In this document: positions 53,621-64,000 of the stretch, one piece after another
How the letters are laid out: each line of letters begins with the position of its first letter
Numbering within the stretch: position 1 is the stretch's first letter
From: Balanoglossus misakiensis
Taxonomy: Eukaryota; Animalia; Hemichordata
Length of the DNA stretch: 64,000 nt
Reading direction: 5' to 3'
NCBI GenBank assembly: GCA_040954595.2
Contig: CM082582.2
Location: 6,246,303-6,310,302 of the forward strand
Notes under the pieces: model-generated
The model's database searches: none
Told to the model about the DNA's origin: nothing
What the model saw: only the letters and a program-made list of their open reading frames with translations
Program-made: the position numbers and the translations under genes

Positions 53621-55241
53621 CCTTAAATATCGGAAATATAAATTTCCACGAATGCATGGCGACTGCAAACAAATTTAATTGATCATTGACACATAAATGA
53701 GTGAACGCCACGTCGTAAATGTACGTATATTTGCATTTACAGTAGAATATTCCCCCATAACTCTGGGCCCAGCTATAGTACTTGTCTAGCTAAGATATTG
53801 AATTTTTACCTTTCAGTATTATGCCATCATTTAGTAAACAATAAATATCATATATTCAATATCCGTCTATATATCTTAACAAGTACTCAGTGATGTCATC
53901 TATGGATTTATATGGAGCGTGAACAGCTGTGCTTGGCAGACAAGCATATACCTGATCGATTGGCAACCCATATTTAGGACTCTAAATTGGTATGGGATTT
54001 ATTCGAGTGTCTGCTCACAGTCATAGACTGACGAATAAACTGAACACGTCTAGGATCATCAAACGGCATCACGCGTTAAAGTGCGCGAGTATGGAGGCGC
54101 CCCAGCAACCGTGTGAATTCATTGACATATGCTTGAAATCTCTAGGGGAACCGGCAATGAACCTTGTAGGAAACTGATATGCAACAGAGTGGGCCGATTG
54201 CCAATGCCTATCACACGGGAACGAACTGCATAGGCGTATAAACCTCGTCGAAACACAATGTTCCGGCGGCAGATATGTTGTTGTTGCTGTCGCTATTGTG
54301 ATTGCTGTTATTGTTGTCCGTATCAACATTTTCCACAATATTAATAAAACTAGGGCAAATTAATATTGTATGTGTTGGTGAAGTAAAAAAAAAGTAATGA
54401 GTTTCATTCCCCTATCGTCAATTAAGCCTATATAATAGCTGTAAAGAAAATTTGAAATAAATCGTCCGAATCATGAAGTTATCGTTAAAGTAAACATGAA
54501 GTATACGTAAAGCCGAATATTAAGAAGGGATCGGAAATACCACATTGCAAGAAAATATGTTCTTCAGTTTTTCGTCCCCTTTGTCATTATTTCAATGCAA
54601 TCAAGTAGGAGTCTACATGAGCACGGTCGGTTGAGGGCGCTCACTTCTAAGCATTTGTGGGCATTGTTCCATATACATGTACATGTAAACATGCACGAAG
54701 TAGGAGATATGAATATTGCCCTTTGCCTCCCTTCAAGAAAAATTATCTTCATCCGATTCATCACGCATCTATGCTTCCGGTATGAAATATACATCGCACG
54801 TAACTTTTTGCTGGTTGCTATGGGCTGTTTTGGGACAAATACACTTGGTCCTTGGAGACTGATCCTACCTGATCATGTGATTACAAAGACGAGATAACGG
54901 ATCATGTGTCGACTCACCTGATCAAACGCATATCAGCAATGATACTTACGTATGACATTACATCGCGGTTGACTGATTGGGGTGCAAAGGGCACGATAAA
55001 CACGACACACCTGTAGTTATAATTTAACTGATCTGGTTTAAGTGACCCTGTACAACTTGCAACTTTATTGGCGGATTGGACCGAACTAGAATGGTAGAAA
55101 TACTCAATTTGTTTCTGTCAGCATGGCCACGCGCCATCGCCACCTCTTACTGCCAATACTGGGCAAATATTCTCTTTCGTTTGAACGTTATTCAACCTCC
55201 AGTTCACCTCCCTTTACTCAAACACGAGTTCAGGTGAATCG

Positions 55242-55333
55242 GGGTCAAAGGTCCACCCGGCCGGTCAAGTGACAGGAGAATTTTATCATGTGATGAGCGC
55301 ATGATCACTACGTCACGACTAAGATTGGCCAAT
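55242..55333 (+). promoter_or_regulatory. Promoter motifs upstream of the zinc-finger gene (DR1-like nuclear-receptor site, back-to-back CCAAT boxes)
   Basis: GGGTCAAAGGTCC 55242-55254 and ATTGGCCAAT 55324-55333, upstream of the ATG at 55511. Confidence 0.35.
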
Positions 55334-55510
55334 GCCCGACACGAGAAATGCATCAGCCCATCTGATTAGCATGCTGTTTCTTTCCAATATATATTCCTGT
55401 AGTGTGCGATGTTCGGGTTTTTTTATCGCGACAGATTTTAAGCAATTTTATTGCGTAGCATTTCGTTTTAGCCCGTATATCCGGAGAGTAGATGTGGTCT
55501 CTTGATCGCT

Positions 55511-58500
55511 ATGGATGCTGCACAGACCCTGAAAAGTAAGTTTTCACTTTTGCAGGAACGAAGACCTTGTCAAAACGCGCGGTCGCGATCAAATTACCGT
55601 GTGTGTGTGGGATCCTGAGTGTACGTATACGTATACGTTAGGCAGAGTTTAGGAGATGACTGCAGGGCTATTCACTTCTTTTTACTGATCATGCAGACGG
55701 ACACAATTTTCTGTATCCGTGAATTCCGCATTCCCTGGGACATTTTCATTCGGTTGCTTGTCACGATTGTGACGAATGTATTCTTTCAAGCTTATCTTTT
55801 TTCAACTATTAAATGCACACTGACAGACGAAAATTTGGACGCTCCTGTAATTTGGCAGAAACCAAAGCGAGATAGAGGGGTGACAGAGTTATATAATAAC
55901 CTTTGCATGTGCTGTGTCACTTGATAACTTACTTTGTTACTCATTAACACGTACCTTTGACCACAATACCATACTACTGATACTCTACTGTCTATGGGTA
56001 CACGAAGCAGCTTAGTACAATCTTTTTTTTTACGCCCATGGTACAATCTAATCTGTCTTTATTTCACATTTCTTTTTTCTTTTCTTTTTTTACAGAACCA
56101 GCAGATCTTTTGTTGTGTAAAACCTGCCTAAGATCCTGTCAGACAGTGAAAGAATTTCTGTACCATAAATGTAAGTGACTGTTCTAAAGAATATCAACAT
56201 CACGAAATATCTCTTGGCAGTTTTTTGCATCATATGTGCCACCATCAAACTAATGTTAGTCCAATTAGGAATGATCTATAAATGTATTTTTTTTTAATTT
56301 CATTAGGTACATGTGCTAGGTATCCTCAGAACTGTGACTTGTGTGACAAGTCTATCAATTCCAAGATCGAGCTGGAAGTCCACTTTCAGTGTTGGCACAA
56401 CATACCGTCAGCATCCAAGAAAGGTGGTCTGCATAGATTCAGCACCAGCTGCAGCATTCCCAAAGCACAGTCTCTGCACGTTCCTGCCGCTAAAGTTTCC
56501 AAGCCCGTCGTCAGCGCCAGGAAAGACTCCCCAAGCACGGTGCAAGCGACGACGAAGAGTCCTGTTAATTCAGCCGGCAGGAATGTGAACGTACCGCCTG
56601 AGCTCTCGCCCGAACCGCCAACAAACTCCAGCAAAAACGGTAAGACCGTCGAGAACAAGCCGCAAGCCGACGCCAGTCTCGACATCGTAGGAGCCTTGCA
56701 CGGCGTAGCAGCGGCTCTGCAGCCGATAACGGACGCGACGTACAAGAACACGGAGACCAACCCGGAAACCACTCGGATCATCGGGGTCTTGAAGAACGTG
56801 GCGTCTGCCCTGAACCCGCTCCTGAAAGACAATCCGACCGTCAAGACGAAGAATACTGGGGAAGATAAAACCATCAAGGAAGCCGTGGAGCAGCTGTGTC
56901 ATCTGTACAAGATTTTAGAGAATAGTTTGAAAGAGTTGATCGAGAACAGGAGAAAGGCCAACAAAGAGGAACCATCCTACGTGTGCACTCTAATGACTGT
57001 CGTTGTTAATGGGACCATTGAGATAACCGTCAAGCCAAAACCGACGGACGTCATTAATAAGATCGCACTGCCTGCACAGCAAAAGACTCAGTCTCAGAGA
57101 TGCATTGAACCGTCTCAGCCAAACGCAGCACAGCCTCGGCAGGTGTCTGCCCATGGTGAGAAGGTTAACGTTCCCATCGAGTCGAAAGCTGCCAAGCCGG
57201 CCGTTGCGAGGCAGATGGTTGCAGCCGGGGGTCCCTTTCAGTTGCCGCCCGGAATGATGATGGTGAAATGCAAGGACCCCGCGGCGCTGCAGCAGGGAAT
57301 ACCGTTGGTGAGGCTGCCGGGGTTTGCGCACCACCTTCCCAGAGTGCTCGCCAGCGTGCCAGCCAAGAGCAACAGCGGCGTGGCCGTGGCGACCGGTCAG
57401 TTGTCCGGCGGCGGAGCGAAGCCGGTGATTCTGGCCACCAGTTCATTGCCCAGCCAGGTGTCGACACCACGGCTCTTGTTTGTACCAAGTACCGTTTCAA
57501 GCTCACAGACTGTGTTTACCGCCGTTTCATGTAAACCTGCGAGTCGGGCGACAGGGCAGACGAACATTCAACAACCCAGTATCCAGGCGCCGGCACCACA
57601 AAAAACATGCATGAACTCCAGTGCAGCTGACGGCGGCGGCCAACCAGTGAAAGTTGACAATCCGGTCAATGGGTCAAACTCCGGCAGGGTGTCAGCCCAG
57701 CAACCAAAGGTCAATTCCGAAACGTGTAACAGTGATAGCGGGAAGGAAGCAAAGGAAAAACTCCCACCGAAACTGGACACAACTGCAGGAAGTACTCAAC
57801 TCGATGATAAAAATATCAAGTTGGAAGCTCAGAGTGCTGTTGCGGACTTGTCGACAAAGAAGAGAAAATCAGATGACGAGGCCAGTGGAACCTCACCAAC
57901 CAAGCAGCTGAAATCCGACACACAGTGCAAAGAGAAACTACTTAGTGGTGCACAGCAGTCTGTGGTCGCCAAATCGACTGAATTAGAGGTCAGGGAAGAA
58001 CTGGTCCTGACTTCTACACAACAGATCAGTTCATCACTTCAGGAAAACTTTCTGAGCAGCAGCGACGAAAAAACGACAACCAAAAGTGTCATCGTTGGCC
58101 AAAACTTGAGCGTCAGCGTAGATGAAGTCACCAATGGGAAAACATCATGCCAAGGTACGTCATAGTGATAACTTACATATGAATGTCTCAAGTTGGACAC
58201 TGACACCCTACTCAAATCAACTTTCCATTTCGGACATAAAAAGTCTCTGTTTTTTTTGTCAATGATGTGTATGTTATTGCCACTTTCAGTGTTACTAAAA
58301 CTGCTTCCTGCAACTATACACAGTACAACTTCTGTTTCTGATCATAGATCTCTATTGCTAAATTGATGTAACCCTTTTCTCGTTGAAGGTCACCATCCAT
58401 CCCTGCCATCCAAACTGAAGGTGGAGAGTGTTTGTGAAGAGACACTGGTGGACGGTCCAGTGATAGTGATCAGTGAGGCCCAGGCCAGGTGCAAGGGCTG

Positions 58501-59181
58501 TGAGACCTCGTTCCCAGGCCTCTATCAACAGTATCCCAACACTAAAAACGCGCACAGGGTAAGACGGAAAACAGCGCCCTCAATCATACCATTTGGTGTG
58601 TGCTGCTTTTGTTTTTAGCTGACCACCGCATATGATTGATAGAGACACCCTTTTCAGTTGACTCATACAAGTGTTCGTTTATTCCTCTGTCTATAGACCT
58701 CCCTGACTGATATGACAGCGCCGTACAAATGTCCCGACTGTGAATACGAGAGTGGAGACGAGATGGCAATGGTTCACCATCATGCTGAGGATCACAGTGG
58801 TTTCCAGTGCCCCCAGTGTCAAACCGTGTGTGAAGATACCTCAAGTCTGCAACATCATGTGTCTTTTAGTCATCCCACCAGGCAAGTTTATGTGCACATC
58901 GTGTTCTTGTCAGACTGCAGATCACACCTGTGTTCTTAACAGTGGCCATAAATCCTTGCTATAGCAAACGACTTCTTAAAGGCATTTTTCCCCATTATTT
59001 AAACTCAGTAAGTAAATGAAGCCTCAGAATGCAACATCCACCATTATTTTTGTCCATTTTTGTATTTAATTAATGTGCAGTTATAGCAGTATAGCTTTTA
59101 GAAACTAGAGCGCATCACATGGTATGGGAGAATAAACTAAACTGCTCTTCTCTCTTTTGTTTCAGAGTCATTGAAGTGTAG
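55511..59181 (+). CDS. C2H2 zinc-finger nuclear protein with long low-complexity centre (~770-790 aa)
   Basis: Exons 55511-55535, 56096-56170, 56307-58154, 58389-58558, 58697-58881 (GC donor) and 59166-59181, or read-through to the stop at 58939. Fingers CKTC..HKC, CDLC..HFQCWH, CPDC..HHAEDH, CPQC..HVSFSH; NLS-like KKRKS. The 3' end is uncertain. Confidence 0.8.
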
Positions 59182-60404
59182 CAGTGTAATATATGTAAAT
59201 ATATTTGTACATACCAAATTTGAAGGAATCACAAATTCAAATTGGCTGGGTGTTGAAGAATACATTATGAAGGTCACAGAGGTAGGTTGCTTCTTAAAGC
59301 CCCTGTAGCTGCCAGATTTTGCATTTTTACCAACGATAACATGCTTCAATCTTCTCCCCAATCCTTTACAATCAAAGTTATAATTATCAATTTTATTTAA
59401 GCTGTGGTTTATATAGCTTATTGACTTTGATTAACAGAGTCATCTATATCATGATTACACTTCAATGACATTGTGTTCTTTCTTATTAAATTTTAGATGC
59501 TGTTCTTATGGTGCCGACGACGTAGTTCATAACTGAAGGAGCCAAGCTGTGTCGAAATTCAGTCTCTGTGTCTCTTTATATATAAACTTGTCAGTGTATA
59601 ATATTGAGTCAGAAACTGGCAGTGAAATGTTCATGTGAAAAATTGTACTTTAAAGCAGACCTGCGACATTTTTACCACATACAAAAACAGTGTCCTGCTA
59701 CCTTCATAATGTGTTATACACATTTGCATGTGTAATGTTCATTACATTCCAACTTGAACTTTCTATTTTATTTTGTTTTTTTTTTTCCTTGTCTGTAAAT
59801 ATAATAAAATGTTATTTTGTTTATTCACTTGAAATGTGTATTTGCTTCGACTCTGTCACTCGGGATCATCATAAGTCAATAACTTAAAGTTTTCTTGATA
59901 CGAAGTTAAGAAGAAATAATTCTATCGTCACTTCTGACAATATTCTTCTACTTTATTCATTCTCCGTCGCAAAACACGGAAACAAAGTTGATGCATGCAC
60001 CAGTTCGTAAACATTTTCTTCCCAAAAAGCGCCCTCACCGGTACATCGAGAATTCAACGCATTTGACCCATGACCCGGCATTTTGACCTCAGATAGTGCT
60101 GCAGCGTCGAGTATGTCAACATGTCACATGTGATGTAGCGGTACAGCTGATCATAGAAAACATATTCATTGCGATTTGGAGAATTTACGGTTTAATTATC
60201 ATCGACAAGACCTACTGTAGGAACCTGCATAATTGCGACAAAACTCGATGCGTATTCAAGTCGCGTTTCAGGCGCAGTGCTAGCAGTGCAATATCAGACT
60301 GCAGCCATTGGGCATTAAACTTTGAAGAAAAATTGCCCAGTTGTACTTGTAACACTAGTATGTCACTTGAAATCGTTCCGTGGCTATATTCGATTTGATA
60401 CGAT

Positions 60405-62479
60405 ATGATGGACCTAAGTAGCAAAGGCACGACTGCGATGAGGGTAAGTGCAGCAGCAAATGCTGCTTCAATCCCGGAAGTCTCATCCCCCCCCGGGGGG
60501 GGGGGGGCAATTATCATTTCACCTAAGATTACGATACACACGTAGTAAGTAGCACATTGGCCTAGGCCTTGACCCCAGCCATTAGGTTGTTGGTCGTGAC
60601 TCCATGCTTTAATCAACTCTGGTTCATTTTAATTTTCAGGAACTGTTGGTGTTTGTTATGCTAATCGCCAGTTGTCATGGTTATAGTTGTTCTCGACACC
60701 AGTCACGGATAGCGCGGACCATTCTAGATGAGGTAAAGTATAAGTTGCATGTAAATTTAGTCTAACCATCAATTGGCATACGATGCCTTGGTCTTAAAGT
60801 TAATACAATGTACTGCTATTTATATGCCAGTGTTATTTACATCAAGAACTGGAATCATCAAGTTTTGCTTGTTCTTCCCCCCCCCCCCCCCCCAGCATTT
60901 CTATAGGTTCTACCGTGGGCGTGGCATCGATTTGCCAGCTGTCTGTCCCTTCATGCCACCCAGAGATATGTACCTGGGAAACGAACAACACAAGTCGAAA
61001 GAGAGCATCAGCAAATGGAGCTGTCACTACTGTGGCAAGGCTTTTATGACAGAGCACACTTTGGATGCACATTTTGATAACAGACATTCAGATCAGGTTC
61101 TGAAGGTAGGTGTCACAATTTCTCAGTCTATTTCCGTACACAATTATTTACCATGTCTACTGAGATTTTCTAGTCAGACACAAAAAGATACGTTCCAAGT
61201 TTCTTTTCCCTTCTTTTCAACCGTCAGGGTCCAAACGCTGTGTGTTTGGCCGACTACTGTGATTTCCTAAGATGCGATATAGTATCAGGAAGTAGAAAAC
61301 CCGGTTATTGGGACGAAGCACTCTGCAAGGAAGAGGAGGTAGCTGTTTTGAAAGAAAAATGCGAGGTGAGATCAGTGTTTGGGATTTGTATTTACATATT
61401 TGCCAACTCAAAACTCATTCTATCACTGATGTACGGTATCTAAATTACTATGTACAGGTGGGTCTCATCAGTGATTTTCATCTTTTTTTTTCTTGCAGAC
61501 AATGGTGAAAGTTTGTGCACCAACAAGTCTAATTGGGACAGAGAGATACGACTTTCAAAGTAGGCCTTGTCATATTGTCTTGAAATGTCTTGACCTTATT
61601 TCATTGATGAAAATAGTTACACTATCTGTTGAGAACAAATGTGTGTGTTGCCTCAGTATTACAATCCAAGCGAGCTTCATGCAAACAGTACCCAATATGC
61701 TAATATGGTTTACGGACAACATGGCTCATACTTCTGTTAGTAAAGAAATTTGTGAATTTATAGATTAGCTCTGAATGTGTTCAGATATAGGAAATCTCTA
61801 TGTTTGGTTTTCAGGAGTTGTCAGAGAGGCTCTATGTTCATCACTCACCTGTGATAAATTTTGGCAAGTACCATTGAAAGAGGTAAGTGAATAATAATAC
61901 CAACCAAGTCAGTTGGTGTGGACTCATGGCCAATTTGGCAACGTATAACCCAATTTTAAGAGCCAACAAAATGTGAAACTGTTGCAAAGTTGAGCTTAAT
62001 TTGCAATTCTCAGTTAGTCATCACATCGACTAATCAAATTTTTAAAAATCTTTTTCTAGGGTTCTGCGTTTGGAATGACAGCTTATATCATAGCTGTGGT
62101 GCTTTTATTTACTGGTTTGATAGTCTACTACTTCGTTGTTTACAGTCATTTCTAGTAAGTATGCCACACAAATGTTTTTAAAAGGAAGAATGGCTGTAAC
62201 TTTCAAAAATTCGAATTCTTATAATTTCTGCCAAGATCCTTTCAACTATCATTGTCCACAGTACACACATATTAACCGGCGCAGTTGCTATTGCATTGTT
62301 AGTCATCAAAGTTTGTCAACCATCACTGTATGATGTCTCTTCTCGTTTTCAGCACGGAGCATTCTTTGTTGGATGATAGTGATGGATTACTGAAGCTAAA
62401 CAGGCAGTCCCAACCGTACATACGTGGACCGGACTCGAACGAAATCAGACAAAGGTCTTCGTATGTCTTGGATAGGTAG
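60405..62479 (+). CDS. Type I membrane protein with signal peptide, Cys-rich lumenal domain containing a C2H2-like finger, one TM helix (276 aa, 8 exons)
   Basis: Exons 60405-60443, 60640-60732, 60896-61105, 61228-61365, 61499-61559, 61815-61882, 62060-62154, 62353-62479 (831 nt, in phase). Signal MRELLVFVMLIASCHG; CSRHQSRIA; WSCHYCGKAFMTEHTLDAHFDNRH; CLADYCDFLRCD; LCSSLTC; TM AYIIAVVLLFTGLIVYYFVVY. Confidence 0.87.
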
Positions 62480-64000
62480 CGTTCAGTAGTTCCAGCAGAT
62501 ATTTTATGACACATACCCCTATGAAAATGGGATTTGGATTTTATAATGAGCTATGAATTTATAATATTATATATATGGACATCTCAGTTGCAGACCATGT
62601 CATTATTGTTTTCTTTGATTTTTGATGCAGATCATGAAAGAGATTCTCAATTTGAAATGAAATGTCATCCTTTATGATTTTTCTCCTGTCTTTAAAAGTA
62701 AAGTTTTTTTTTCTCAACCAACCATTTAGTTTTTCTTGTGTTGCTGTATGTATGCTGCATGGCAAAAGTGATTTTGGTGTGGTGAAAGTGTAAGACACTT
62801 GGAGATCTGGCAGTAGATATATAATAAATGCAGACTTATTTTGGAAATATTCCGGGATGTTTCAGTACTACTGTGCTGTGTTGATACGCACGATCAAGGA
62901 TTACCAAGAGCGCCCTCTCTGGGTGTACTAAATGGCCAATGACTTCTTTCTTTTCTATGACACGGCGAGTGACAATAGTACTAGTCTGGGAGCGTGGAGC
63001 TCGTAATTCAGATATTTGACCTACTTTTAAGTTTGAAAGGTTCAAGGTTTTTTTTCTTCTTTCTCTAAGAAAAACGTCTTATTAAAATAATTTGTATGCT
63101 ATCACCAAATCTTCCTAACTTGTTTGGGACATGGAAAAGTTTCATATGCTTGTAAACTTTGTAAAAAACTTTTCCCCCATCATATATTCACTGAAATACT
63201 GCCTACATCGGGAGACAAAATTTTAAAAGTTACTGAAAAGATATGATGCCTTTCCGATAAAGTGAACCAGATGTTTACTTTTCAGAAATTATAGGCCAAT
63301 CTCTCTCAGCACACGGTGTATGTTAATTTTACTTCCACCAGTAAATGACACACTGCAAATCCATTTCACGATCTGCGTCTTTCACTGTATGATCCGACAA
63401 AAGACTCTGTACGCCTTTGAGGTAAAGGCTAAATCAAGGGGATAACATTTTGCGCTATACAGACGCACAGCCTGTTCCGGCCTGTACCTAAGGCTTAGCG
63501 GTCGTGTTTTATTTGTCTGACACGTTGCTACGCTGTTTCCGACTATTTCCATTTGAAGGGTGTGCACACCCCATTTGGGGGAGGGGTTGGCGTTTTCTGC
63601 GCGTGACTCCAAGTGTCTGTCCGTGATGTTATATTCCATTCAAATTGGTTTTCATGGCAGAAATACATTCATTATTTTTGTATGAGCTACCTGATTTGAA
63701 GTTGAATTCCGTGATAGAGCATGCCATCTTCGTTTTTTGCTAAGAGCACCGCAAATAATCCAACTCTTGACATAATGGTTTCGTCCTCGCCCGACTGTTT
63801 ACCTTTGGTGTCATTGTACGCCATTTTATATGCAACCGACATCAACAGTGGCCGCCCAGTACTGTATGTTCGACGTTCCGTGTTTCCGAACCGGTTTTTG
63901 ATGACTTGGAAAGTGTTTCCTTATTGTAATGTCCACGTCTGCACCAGAATTGCCAGGGTACGATAAGCAGATGGCAGTGTTTTAGCTTTGAGTGTTCAGC

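Noticed and set aside
53378-53711. ORFs with SFVR/SFIH repeats
   Set aside because: Translations of the compound microsatellite.
56386-57911. Several overlapping ORFs on both strands
   Set aside because: Shadow frames of the GC-rich large exon of the zinc-finger gene.
63300-64000. Coding-like sequence at the right edge
   Set aside because: All frames examined are interrupted by stops, no motif is recognisable, and the region is truncated by the window.

Overview
AT-rich, intron-containing animal genomic DNA, probably an invertebrate deuterostome such as a hemichordate (inferred from gene and repeat style only). Bases 1-9890 are the edge of an 88-bp satellite array of about 112 monomers with visible higher-order structure. 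The rest is gene-dense, and I assembled seven gene models by hand with phase-consistent splice sites: (1) a 9-exon glycine-receptor-like Cys-loop chloride channel subunit (+, 21991-30537); (2) a 2-exon orphan coiled-coil protein with an N-myristoylation motif (-, 33281-34083); (3) CFAP418/C8orf37 (-, 37513-43892), whose 3' end is tandemly duplicated; (4) eIF6 (+, 44322-46437), head-to-head with CFAP418; (5) an intronless small heat-shock protein (-, 51278-52033); (6) a C2H2 zinc-finger nuclear protein (+, from 55511); (7) a signal-peptide, single-TM protein with a lumenal C2H2-like finger (+, 60405-62479). Also present are a TTAA-flanked Kolobok-like DNA transposon with a decayed ORF resembling the KolX/P2X7-C-terminal domain, a small MITE, microsatellites, and CTCF-like and RFX motifs. 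No CRISPR array, rRNA or tRNA was seen. All family assignments are from recalled motifs, not database searches.
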